DNA from: a virus
Taxonomy: Duplodnaviria; Caudoviricetes
IMG/VR virus record: IMGVR_UViG_3300028400_000012
Coordinates: 1 to 44,784 of that record
DNA length: 44,784 nt
Direction: 5' to 3' (one strand)
Part shown: positions 1 through 7,849 of the stretch, in pieces
Position numbering within the stretch: position 1 is the stretch's first letter
Layout of the letters: each line of letters begins with the position of its first letter
The notes under the pieces: model-generated
Seen by the model: only the letters and a program-made list of their open reading frames with translations
Databases searched by the model: none
Told to the model about the DNA's origin: nothing
Program-made: the position numbers and the translations under genes

Positions 1-136
1 CATTCTCTAATAACCGCGCCGGGTCTAAAAGTCCCAAGAATCCCGGCTTCACGTGCTGCAACTGATTTATTGAACCAAACTGCCCGGTTGTTGCCGTCGG
101 CATCTTCCAATACTTCAAAGTCATACCCAGCTTTGA
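1..136. repeat. Terminal direct repeat (left copy); circular/assembly overlap
   Basis: 1-136 is identical to 44649-44784 except C127 vs A44775. Confidence 0.97.
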
Positions 137-371
137 AAAAGACACCGTAACTTTTTGAGCTATTATTTTTGTCCTTTTTAGGCTTGTTGATAAAGAGAAA
201 AGAGTGGTTTCCTTTGTCGAGTGTCCCTAAATTCAAATTATAACCTATATTTGCGTCAAAATCGACGCCTGTCTTATTAATGATTACAAGGTTTCGGCGT
301 GTAGCCCCTGCCTTATAATCTTTTGATCTTTCATATTCTGGTATATTTACATTAAATACAATGTTTGCCAT
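1..371 (-). CDS. 5' part of a 164-aa hypothetical protein spanning the circular junction (MANIVFNVNIPEY...; continues 44648..44525)
   Basis: ATG at 371 with AGGAGG SD and promoter cassette; the frame stays open through the repeat into ORF 44525..44776. Confidence 0.85.
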   Translation of the reverse strand, partial: MANIVFNVNIPEYERSKDYKAGATRRNLVIINKTGVDFDANIGYNLNLGTLDKGNHSFLFINKPKKDKNNSSKSYGVFFKAGYDFEVLEDADGNNRAVWFNKSVAAREAGILGTFRPGAVIRE

Positions 372-377
372 GTTTTT

Positions 378-431
378 CCTCCTAAAGTTTTTTATATTTA
401 CAATTATAACAAAAATGTTATAAAATGTCAA
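378..431 (-). promoter_or_regulatory. Sigma70 promoter/operator cassette 1
   Basis: TTGACA(431-426)-17bp-TATAAT(408-403); palindrome TTATAACA-N4-TGTTATAA; leader AACTTTAGGAGG. Confidence 0.9.
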
Positions 432-436
432 GTGCT

Positions 437-793
437 TTAAATTCCAATGCCTTTTAAAAGGTTGTTTTTGTAATTTCTCGTCAAAAGATCAATATAAAAC
501 TCAACGCTTTTAACCGGCATCGGCACCGTTCCAATAATCTCACTCCATGCCATTTCGCTAAACCATTTTGATTTTCTGGCATAGTACTCAACTGCCAGAT
601 CATCGCAAATTTGATTTTTGTCTAGCAGGAAATTAATCGCCTTAACTATATCCCGGTGAAATGGCTGTATAAAGATGTCCGGGTCTAATCTTTTTGAGGT
701 GATTACTTTTTCGTCCTCTTTGTCGTACCAATAACTATTCATAAAGCTTATCAGGATAACTTTTTCATAAGCTGCCGGATTATTGTAAGTCAT
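437..793 (-). CDS. Stand-alone DnaB helicase N-terminal-domain-like protein
   Basis: YEKVILISFM...LDPDIFIQPFHRDIVKAINFL...DDLAVEYY resembles the DnaB N-domain pattern (E.AVLG..L...L..EDF....H..IF.A...L......D...V). Confidence 0.6.
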   Translation of the reverse strand: MTYNNPAAYEKVILISFMNSYWYDKEDEKVITSKRLDPDIFIQPFHRDIVKAINFLLDKNQICDDLAVEYYARKSKWFSEMAWSEIIGTVPMPVKSVEFYIDLLTRNYKNNLLKGIGI

Positions 794-1040
794 TTTTTTT
801 CACCCAATGAACTATTTTACTGCACCCCTTCGTACAGATAAAAAAATTATAGTCCTTCAAAAATTCCTTAAAGACACCGGAAATAAAATCCCCGTCATCC
901 GGTTCGGTTCTTTCAAAGTACCACCTTTTTTTACCCGTTTTCGGGTCGATGACAATTAAAAGGCACTCTATATTGAACGCCGCCTTGACTTTTGACGGCG
1001 TTATATTTTCTTTTGGTTCGACTTCTAGCAAATAGCGCAT
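780..1040 (-). CDS. Hypothetical protein
   Basis: Tightly packed 86-aa ORF in the operon. Confidence 0.7.
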   Translation of the reverse strand: MRYLLEVEPKENITPSKVKAAFNIECLLIVIDPKTGKKRWYFERTEPDDGDFISGVFKEFLKDYNFFICTKGCSKIVHWVKKNDLQ

Positions 1041-1346
1041 TTACGCTCTCTTTGTTTTTGCCAGTTTGATAAAGGCTTTTACTGCTGGGATAATACTTTT
1101 ATAGGTATGAGCATCCTGAAACTTGTAAAACTTATCAGTATTATCAAGCTCCCAGTTTGTAATACTAAAAAAATTATCATTTTCATAGTAAACCAAAGTA
1201 TAATTTTGGTTATACTGCTCGCCTATAATATTTATCCATGTATCATCAATATGAAGGTTATAAGCATCTTCTAAATATTTTTTCCCAGCTTCCGTCTTTG
1301 CCAATCTGTCTAAAATATCTTGTAATTTAATTTCAACTTTTTTCAT
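1041..1346 (-). CDS. Hypothetical protein (cassette-driven)
   Basis: AGGAGG SD and promoter cassette directly upstream. Confidence 0.8.
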   Translation of the reverse strand: MKKVEIKLQDILDRLAKTEAGKKYLEDAYNLHIDDTWINIIGEQYNQNYTLVYYENDNFFSITNWELDNTDKFYKFQDAHTYKSIIPAVKAFIKLAKTKRA

Positions 1347-1352
1347 TTAAAA

Positions 1353-1406
1353 CCTCCTAAAGTTTTCTTATGTGTTAATTATAACATATTTGTTATAAAA
1401 AGTCAA
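1353..1406 (-). promoter_or_regulatory. Sigma70 promoter/operator cassette 2
   Basis: TTGACT(1406-1401)-17bp-TATAAT(1383-1378); TTATAACA-AATA-TGTTATAA; AACTTTAGGAGG. Confidence 0.9.
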
Positions 1407-1411
1407 GTGAT

Positions 1412-1723
1412 TTAACACATATTAATCTTATTCCTAAGCTCTCTTAAGCTCTGTTCTTTTTCAACTAAGTTATTAGTGCCATATTTTCCCTTATGCTGCT
1501 TCAAGGCTCTCTGAATAAAAATCTTACCCGCCTTATCCCACATTCTGGTAAAACCCATATCCTTTTTGTTTTGTGTTTTTACATATCGCTTTAGTGCTAT
1601 CGCTGCTCTTTCAGCACACTTAACCGCCCAAACTGCATAATTTTTACCATTAAAACGATTTATTTCTTCGATCTCTCTTTTAAGTTTTGTGATTTCTTTT
1701 CCCAGTAAATATTTGGATTTCAT
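1412..1723 (-). CDS. Hypothetical basic protein
   Basis: ORF with ACTTTAGGAG SD. Confidence 0.75.
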   Translation of the reverse strand: MKSKYLLGKEITKLKREIEEINRFNGKNYAVWAVKCAERAAIALKRYVKTQNKKDMGFTRMWDKAGKIFIQRALKQHKGKYGTNNLVEKEQSLRELRNKINMC

Positions 1724-1733
1724 TTTTTTGCTC

Positions 1734-2246
1734 CTAAAGTCTTTCCAAGGCTGCTTTAGCCAAATTATTCATTTTAATCTTGTCAAACAGGCTGAAGCCC
1801 GCTGCGTCCAGCGTATCGACAACCAAGCTATATTTACTTTCATCCGTAAACTGTTTAAAGTTTCTGTGCATTATCTCACGTTTTACAAAGTTGTAAAAAA
1901 GCAGGTACATGGCTAAAATCTCCAAGCTCACACTTTCATTTTGGAACAATTTTAGAATATCCGGTAATCGCGTTTTCACTTTTGTTTTTACTCGCCCGGC
2001 TATCGGCAAATGTTCTTTCCACTGCATAAATTCAAAAAGTTCGTTTTTCAGTCCGGCAATATGCTTATCCAGCATCTCTTTGAAGCCAGCCGGGTAATTA
2101 AACTCTTTTTGGATAACGCCGTCTTTTTTAATATCATTCTTTGCTAAATCTTCGGCTACATACAAGAGTGCATAAGCTAAAGAGATAACAAACAAATCGT
2201 TCACATAATGCTTACTTGTTATTTTTATTCCGGTTGTAAATTTCAT
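1734..2246 (-). CDS. Hypothetical protein
   Basis: 170-aa ORF, GAGGAG SD, operon packing. Confidence 0.8.
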   Translation of the reverse strand: MKFTTGIKITSKHYVNDLFVISLAYALLYVAEDLAKNDIKKDGVIQKEFNYPAGFKEMLDKHIAGLKNELFEFMQWKEHLPIAGRVKTKVKTRLPDILKLFQNESVSLEILAMYLLFYNFVKREIMHRNFKQFTDESKYSLVVDTLDAAGFSLFDKIKMNNLAKAALERL

Positions 2247-2252
2247 CTCCTC

Positions 2253-2825
2253 TTACTCGCCTTTCATTAGCTTTTCAATTCTTTTTTTATGTCGATTAAA
2301 GTCTTTTTCTGCTTCTTTTAGCCCCTCATCTGAAAATCTAGCCTTATGATAATCTCCATATCTCAAATATGTTGTAGTCGTACCAGCGGCTCCACCAAAC
2401 CCATCATAGAAACAGTAATATAAATCTTTTGATATTTCATAGTAATATCTTTTCTGTCCGGCAAAAACTCTATTTTTATCAAAGACAAAATTATATCTCT
2501 TAATCCCATCAATGGCGCTCTGTGGAATACGATAACCAGCTGCTCGCAATTCAAAAAGCCTTTCAAGTGCCTCTCTCGGTGTCAGATTGTAAAAAGACTC
2601 TCCATCATAGGGCAAACCATTTTTTTTGTACTTTGCAGTAGAAATAGCCTTTTGTTGTTCAATAACTTGTTTAGCAAATTTTTTAGAGTCGTTATAATCC
2701 GTTACTTTTGGAACCTTACTTGCAACTCTTGATGTGGCAACATGTATTGTAATGCCGCCTCCGACATCATCATAAACATATACATCGCTTTTATAATTGT
2801 TAGTTGAAAATCTACAATAACTCAT
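2253..2825 (-). CDS. Conserved phage hypothetical protein (MSYCRFS...SDVYVY type)
   Basis: N-terminal motif recurrent in phage proteins; ATGA overlap with the upstream gene. Confidence 0.8.
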   Translation of the reverse strand: MSYCRFSTNNYKSDVYVYDDVGGGITIHVATSRVASKVPKVTDYNDSKKFAKQVIEQQKAISTAKYKKNGLPYDGESFYNLTPREALERLFELRAAGYRIPQSAIDGIKRYNFVFDKNRVFAGQKRYYYEISKDLYYCFYDGFGGAAGTTTTYLRYGDYHKARFSDEGLKEAEKDFNRHKKRIEKLMKGE

Positions 2826-3082
2826 TGCATACCTCCAAGCCCAAGCGCATCACCCTCGCTAAAACTTATCCTTAACTCAAAAAAAGTGAAATTTTCATAC
2901 AATATATCGGTAATCTGTCTTACCGCCTCTCCGTCTGTCGGGTTTTCTAATAATCTATAATATTTTTCTGTATCGCACATATTGCAAACAGGGATAATCT
3001 TACCTGTTCTTTCGGACGCATCCTTAAAAATCTCATACAGTCTTTTTCTTTTTTGTCTGGTTGTATATTTATAAACTTTCAT
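2822..3082 (-). CDS. Hypothetical protein
   Basis: TTTAGGAGG SD; CxxC motif. Confidence 0.75.
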   Translation of the reverse strand: MKVYKYTTRQKRKRLYEIFKDASERTGKIIPVCNMCDTEKYYRLLENPTDGEAVRQITDILYENFTFFELRISFSEGDALGLGGMQ

Positions 3083-3155
3083 TTTACCTCCTAAATTCGA
3101 TTTTTAGCGTTTTTATTCTCTAGCTATACAAAACTACCAACAAAGGGCAGATCGT

Positions 3156-3482
3156 TCAAATTTGCCCCTGTTTTGTCAAGCCTGAAAATATAATTTTCAA
3201 ATTTTCTTCATAGTTGTCATGCAGACTGAAGCATCTGTTTAATCTACTATAAACTGGCAAATACCCATCATATTTCAAAAGTGGATATTTTGCATTTTCT
3301 ACATGGTACCTAAGAATATTTATAACCCTGTCCATTCTATTGAATGGGTGATCTATTTTTGGTATTCTTAATCCTGCACCACTAAAAATTTCTTCAACTG
3401 CATACAGCATATCTCTTGATAAACAACCATCTTCTTTTATTCTTTCTGCGGCTATTATTGCGGCTTTATAATGCTTTTTCAT
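3156..3482 (-). CDS. Hypothetical protein
   Basis: Likely start MKKHYK at 3482 with G-rich SD. Confidence 0.65.
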   Translation of the reverse strand: MKKHYKAAIIAAERIKEDGCLSRDMLYAVEEIFSGAGLRIPKIDHPFNRMDRVINILRYHVENAKYPLLKYDGYLPVYSRLNRCFSLHDNYEENLKIIFSGLTKQGQI

Positions 3483-3501
3483 CTTCTGCCACCCCCTTTT
3501 T

Positions 3502-4341
3502 TTATCCAAACATCACCGTATTAAAAGTTCCAATACCATTCGGCATCGGATTATTTGCAGGCTTGTCCCTATATGTACCCTCTAAGACTTTTATATAATT
3601 ACTGTCGTTTTTTATAAGCCAGTCTAAATCTATTTTCCAACCCCTATTGTTTTCACCTTGTAAAAAACTTGATTTTTCTATTTCCTGTAAAATAAGTTTG
3701 AAGTTAAAATCCGGTTCATTTAGTCTTGCTTTTAGGTGCTTTAATCTTGTATTTGTAAGTTTTCTAATTTTAGATAAGCTCAATTTACTAGCTAAGTTAT
3801 TCCAGCCATCAAGTATCTCTTTACTACTTGCTTTTTTGCTTATAGAGGATTGAACTTCAAATAAAGCTTGTTTGCTTTTTGGGCTGTGTGCTTTTTTTTC
3901 ACTATAAGCTTTTACGCCTTCGGCGTTTTTATTCTTTTGTTCTAGTGTATTTTGTTCTATTGTATTTTGTAGGTTAACGTCATTTACTAGGGGTGGTAAA
4001 TGAGATTTACTAGGGTGGTTAACGTCATTTACTAGGGGGTCGTTAATTTCATCTATGATTTTTCCTGTAAGCGTATAAGAATTATAGGAGTTTGCACCGT
4101 TTTGAAGTTTGTGTTTTTGTATCTCTATAAGCCCTCTGGAAGATAACTTTTTCAAGGTGCTTATCACTTTAGGTCTCGATATTCCTAAATCTTTTTGAAA
4201 CTGGCTCAATGAAATACCATCAAAAGTTTTACCCCATCCGATTGTTTTTCTTACTATGTGAGTAAGTATAGCACGCTCATAAATATCTAAGTCCAAATCC
4301 CATAAGTAATTTGGCATTTGAAAAAAACCGCTATTTTGCAT
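3502..4341 (-). CDS. Phage replication initiator (lambda O-like, N-terminal wHTH)
   Basis: ILTHIVRKTIGWGK..DGISLSQF...LGISRPKVISTLKKL; C-terminal SSFLQGEN.RGWKIDLDWLIK...YIKVLEGTY; internal iterons. Confidence 0.9.
   Translation of the reverse strand: MQNSGFFQMPNYLWDLDLDIYERAILTHIVRKTIGWGKTFDGISLSQFQKDLGISRPKVISTLKKLSSRGLIEIQKHKLQNGANSYNSYTLTGKIIDEINDPLVNDVNHPSKSHLPPLVNDVNLQNTIEQNTLEQKNKNAEGVKAYSEKKAHSPKSKQALFEVQSSISKKASSKEILDGWNNLASKLSLSKIRKLTNTRLKHLKARLNEPDFNFKLILQEIEKSSFLQGENNRGWKIDLDWLIKNDSNYIKVLEGTYRDKPANNPMPNGIGTFNTVMFG
3931..4045. repeat. Replication origin: iterons and AT-rich repeats inside the initiator gene
   Basis: GGTTAACGTCATTTACTAGGGG at 3972-3993 and 4017-4038, variant GGTAAATGAGATTTACTAGGG at 3995-4015; adjacent TTTTGTTCTA repeats. 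Confidence 0.8.
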
Positions 4342-4607
4342 TTTGAATCTCCAATTTTAAATTTTGGAGTAGGTAGAGTCATTGGAAGATTTTAGTACTT
4401 TCGACATGACTGCTCAAACTCCATTTTTAAACCTTTCTCCTCTAAAAAACCTAAGCGGGGGAGCTACCGCCCGCCTAAAAGGTTGTTTTTGGAGTCATGT
4501 CAAGCCGTACTAAAGGCTTAAAAAAAGAGTTTTACACATGTTTAGGTGCCGCCCAAAAAAGAGCGGCTTCACATCATGTAGCCCACAAAGGCAACCAAAT
4601 TATAACA
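4342..4607 (-). promoter_or_regulatory. Extended -10 promoter and ~250-nt structured 5' leader of the initiator gene
   Basis: TGtTATAAT (4607-4599); nested inverted repeats 4391-4514; CTCCAA/TTGGAG hairpin over the SD (4349-4369). Confidence 0.6.
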
Positions 4608-4709
4608 AACATTGCTTTAAACAAGCTTTAAAAACATTCTAAAGCGGCAAAAACACAAGTGAACAGAAAAATTAAGTGTAATTTTATGGCATTTTGATAT
4701 AATTGTTTT

Positions 4710-4827
4710 GCGGGTTTTGGGAACCTGTAAACTTCTAGCCTCCTAAAGTTACAAGTTTTTTCTCAATCCTTTTTTTGATGGGCACTTCTCTCTAAGGGGC
4801 GTTAAGCCCCGCCCATCTCTCTTTTTT
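4710..4827 (+). ncRNA. Candidate small RNA with an anti-Shine-Dalgarno loop
   Basis: TGaTATAAT at 4695-4703; hairpin 1 4708-4730; hairpin 2 4729-4758 with loop CUCCUAAA; terminal stem GATGGGC/GCCCATC plus U-run; G-U pairs favour the + strand. Confidence 0.7.
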
Positions 4828-5039
4828 GCACTATCCCCCCACTTATTTTATTATAATTTTTGTCTTTTGTGTAGGGAAGTTTTTGCATATTTTTTTATCG
4901 AAAATATACCTATACAAATTCTATATTTTGATATATAATACTCTTGTTTTTTTGTATGCACTCCAATATAGCGGCTATTGTTTTGTACTTTCGCGTAGCC
5001 GCTATATATTACTTCTTTGTTATAAAACTTTAAGCAAAA

Positions 5040-5079
5040 CTTTCTTATAATACACTATATCAAAACTTTAGGAGTTAAT
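5040..5079 (+). promoter_or_regulatory. -10 promoter with the shared AAAACTTTAGGAG leader (no -35 or palindrome)
   Basis: TATAAT 5046-5051; leader identical to the 6870 leader (AAAACTTTAGGAGTTAATATG). Confidence 0.6.
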
Positions 5080-5946
5080 ATGCAATATAATATGGAAGTA
5101 TTTAAAAAACCGGAACATACGCTTACTCAATCGGAGCGTATCGAAAAACTTGAACTTCTTTTAAAGTCAAAAGAGGTAAAAGGCAAAGCTTTCCATATGC
5201 TGGGGTCGGCTGATAAGGCTAAAAGCCTTTTGGCAAAAATTACCCAGATTTCTGACATGTACGCTGTTAAGAGTTGTACTTTAAAAAGTGTTATTGATAC
5301 AGCTATCACGATTGAGGCTCTCGGGCTAGAAATTATCCCGGAACTAGGTGAAGCATGGATTATCGGATACAAAGGCAAAAGCGGCTTCCAGACCGCCAAG
5401 CCGGACATTTCCTATAAAGGTTGGAAAAAGCTTGCAAAAAGACAAGGCTACGCGGTTGATGCTGAAGGCGTTTTTACTGAAATTGCCGATCAGCTAAAAG
5501 ACTGGTCAGATGTTTTTTCTTTTCAGTATAGACGAAAAGTAAAATCCGGTAACGTTCAATGGGTAAAAGAAAATTTAGAAGGCGTTGTTGTAAAAATTGA
5601 AGATTTGAAAAGCAGACATACAGAGTATCGCTATGTAGATATTTCAAAACTCGACCAGATTATGAAAGTTTCCCCCTCTGTAAAAAAAGGCGGCGAAACT
5701 CCCTATAAAGAATGGTATTATGAAATGGTCGTTTTGGCAAAGGCTATGAAATACATTTTGAAAAAGGAAATTTCCTTTGACGAAAATATCTCGGCTGCAC
5801 TTGCTGAAATTTACAAAACTGACGCTACTGCTGCAAAAGAGATTAAGCCGGAACCGGAAACAGAGGACGCGCCATCAATTCCGTTTGCAGAAGTACAAGA
5901 CACAGAAGTTACAGATGTACCAGAAAATGAAACAGACGCTAAGTAA
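5080..5946 (+). CDS. recT: RecT/Redbeta-family ssDNA annealing protein
   Basis: LGLEIIPELGEAWIIGY...PDISYKGWKKLAKRQG...PYKEWYYEMV..AKAMKYILK; acidic tail. Confidence 0.85.
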   Translation: MQYNMEVFKKPEHTLTQSERIEKLELLLKSKEVKGKAFHMLGSADKAKSLLAKITQISDMYAVKSCTLKSVIDTAITIEALGLEIIPELGEAWIIGYKGKSGFQTAKPDISYKGWKKLAKRQGYAVDAEGVFTEIADQLKDWSDVFSFQYRRKVKSGNVQWVKENLEGVVVKIEDLKSRHTEYRYVDISKLDQIMKVSPSVKKGGETPYKEWYYEMVVLAKAMKYILKKEISFDENISAALAEIYKTDATAAKEIKPEPETEDAPSIPFAEVQDTEVTDVPENETDAK

Positions 5947-6796
5947 CAAAGATTACCATGCTCACCCCGCACTGGGGTCGAGTACACTAAAAGGATTTTT
6001 GGATAATCCGGTACTTGCATACAATCGTTATTTAAGAAAAGAAAAAACAGAGCCGACGCCTGCAATGGTTTTTGGTTCTCTTGTCCACACCTTAACGCTG
6101 GAGCCGCATCTTTTGGAAAAGGAATATTGTATTATCCCCGATCATCTTTGCACTGCCAGCGGCGTTTTAAGCAAATCAAAATTAGCTATTGAAGAGCTTG
6201 AAAAACTTACATGCAAAGGTGAAAAGCCTGCAATTTTGAAGGAGATTTTAGAAGGCGCCGAAAAAATTGCAAATATAGCCAAAAACTACAAATTTGAATT
6301 ATCATTCGGCTCAAAAGTTGTCAGGTTCACGATTGACGATATAAGAGAGTCCGATCAAGTAGAATTTGAACCATCCTACTTTTGCAAAATCGACGGCATA
6401 GAGCTAAAATGCAGACCGGACATGCTGATACATACCGATCAAGGGGCTATTGTTATCGATCTTAAAACGGCTGAAGAGAGCACCCAAAAAAGCTTTATTC
6501 GGGCATCGGTAAATTTTAGATACCACGTACAAGAGGAACATTATCGCACCGTATTGGCTGAAAATGGCATAAAGGTATTAAGGTTTCTTTTTCTAGTTGT
6601 CGGCAAAAAAGACAAAACCGCCCAGCAGTACGAGTTTCTACCCAGTACAAGAGAATTAGCCCAAAGCCAGTGGTTAAAAGCCTTCAATCAGTTCAAAAAA
6701 GCAAAAGAAGGCAACCTATCAAACGCGCCCTTTGAAGATAACCAATACAACAAAGAAGTATTGATAGATTTGCCAACTTATGCTTTTTATGATTAA
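5927..6796 (+). CDS. PD-(D/E)XK exonuclease (RecE/ExoVIII C-terminal, DUF3799-like)
   Basis: YHAHPALGSSTLK, PTPAMVFGSLVHTLTLEP, LKCRPD, IDLKT, YHVQEEHY; start reassigned to MKQTLSN. Confidence 0.88.
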   Translation: MKQTLSNKDYHAHPALGSSTLKGFLDNPVLAYNRYLRKEKTEPTPAMVFGSLVHTLTLEPHLLEKEYCIIPDHLCTASGVLSKSKLAIEELEKLTCKGEKPAILKEILEGAEKIANIAKNYKFELSFGSKVVRFTIDDIRESDQVEFEPSYFCKIDGIELKCRPDMLIHTDQGAIVIDLKTAEESTQKSFIRASVNFRYHVQEEHYRTVLAENGIKVLRFLFLVVGKKDKTAQQYEFLPSTRELAQSQWLKAFNQFKKAKEGNLSNAPFEDNQYNKEVLIDLPTYAFYD

Positions 6797-6810
6797 AATA
6801 TTAAAAGTAC

Positions 6811-6869
6811 TTGACATTTTATAACTTTTACGTTATAATTATACTACAAATAAAACTTTAGGAGTTAAT
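6811..6869 (+). promoter_or_regulatory. Sigma70 promoter/operator cassette 3
   Basis: TTGACA(6811-6816)-17bp-TATAAT(6834-6839); TTATAAC-N6-GTTATAA; AAAACTTTAGGAG. Confidence 0.9.
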
Positions 6870-7361
6870 ATGAACACATTTAAGGCAGTTTACAACAACA
6901 AGGGGTTTACAATAGAGTCAAACGGAATTGACGCGGCTAAAATAGCGTTTGCTATAAGTCTATTGCTATTTGAGAGGAAAGAGGATTTTGATATTTTTAT
7001 AGATATTACAAAATTAGGCATTGCAATCATGGAGAAAAAAGAGGATATACAAAAAACGTTTTTTAAAGCCGCACGCAAAAGTATCGGCGATATAAATGAA
7101 CCACTATATATGATTATTACTGAAAGTGGTTTTCTTGATCTCAATGTAAATAGTATATTCTTGCATACTCTTTTAAGTGCGCTTATTGTAGAAATTATAT
7201 CCGAAAATATGGATAAATCAGACTATATTCTTGAAAAATTTAGCCAAACATTTTATGGGCTACTTGAGATAAAAGACAAATCCGCTGAAGAAAAAGGCAA
7301 AGAATGGAGCAGAGAAGATTTTGTAGCTGCCTATCTGGGAACTGTTTTAGCGGAAGATTAA
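6870..7361 (+). CDS. Hypothetical protein (cassette-driven)
   Basis: 163-aa ORF with strong SD and promoter. Confidence 0.8.
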   Translation: MNTFKAVYNNKGFTIESNGIDAAKIAFAISLLLFERKEDFDIFIDITKLGIAIMEKKEDIQKTFFKAARKSIGDINEPLYMIITESGFLDLNVNSIFLHTLLSALIVEIISENMDKSDYILEKFSQTFYGLLEIKDKSAEEKGKEWSREDFVAAYLGTVLAED

Positions 7362-7849
7362 GATATAAAATCAGAGGTTTTATAAAGGAAACGATTCGAC
7401 ATTTTTATATAGTGTTTAATCGTTCCTTTCCCCAAATAAGTATTGTAGTACTTCTTCCAATATTTGGCACGTCCTTTTATTGTCGTTGGTATTGGTTTTG
7501 GTATATGGAAATAATACAACCTGCAAAACAATAAACTCAAAAACGGGTTGTATCGCAAATCCTCCCACTCAACCAAAGTCAAATCAATTTTGATCTTTTC
7601 AATTATGTTTTTTCTGTATTTCATAGATTTATCACGCACATAGTAAAAGGGCTTTCTATCAAATTGACATAGCCCCATACCTGCATAAACTGTTTTGTCT
7701 ACAATCGTACCCAAAGCTGTTTCGGCTGCTGCTGTTTCTAAAAGCAAAGCCACCGCATAGTCTACATTAAAAGGATTTATAGCCATTGAAACAATTTTGG
7801 CCTGTTCTCTTAAGTTTCCGATATATCCATAATTGCCCAAAATTGTCAT
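7358..7849 (-). CDS. Putative endolysin (lysozyme/transglycosylase-like)
   Basis: LLLETAAAETALG, GMGLCQFD, AKYWKKYYNT..GKGT motifs; downstream of holin-like genes. Confidence 0.7.
   Translation of the reverse strand: MTILGNYGYIGNLREQAKIVSMAINPFNVDYAVALLLETAAAETALGTIVDKTVYAGMGLCQFDRKPFYYVRDKSMKYRKNIIEKIKIDLTLVEWEDLRYNPFLSLLFCRLYYFHIPKPIPTTIKGRAKYWKKYYNTYLGKGTIKHYIKMSNRFLYKTSDFIS

Noticed and set aside
4735-4760. Minus-strand AACTTTAGGAGG as an eighth gene leader
   Set aside because: No start codon or ORF follows it, no cassette promoter precedes it, and stems fold better on the + strand.
4826-5050. 74-aa plus-strand ORF in the control region
   Set aside because: TTG start without an SD, low-complexity AT-driven composition, and overlap with promoter and hairpin elements.
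5777-5926. N-terminal extension of the exonuclease in the ORF track
   Set aside because: It overlaps recT by more than 150 nt; family similarity starts near MKQTLSNKDYHA (5927).
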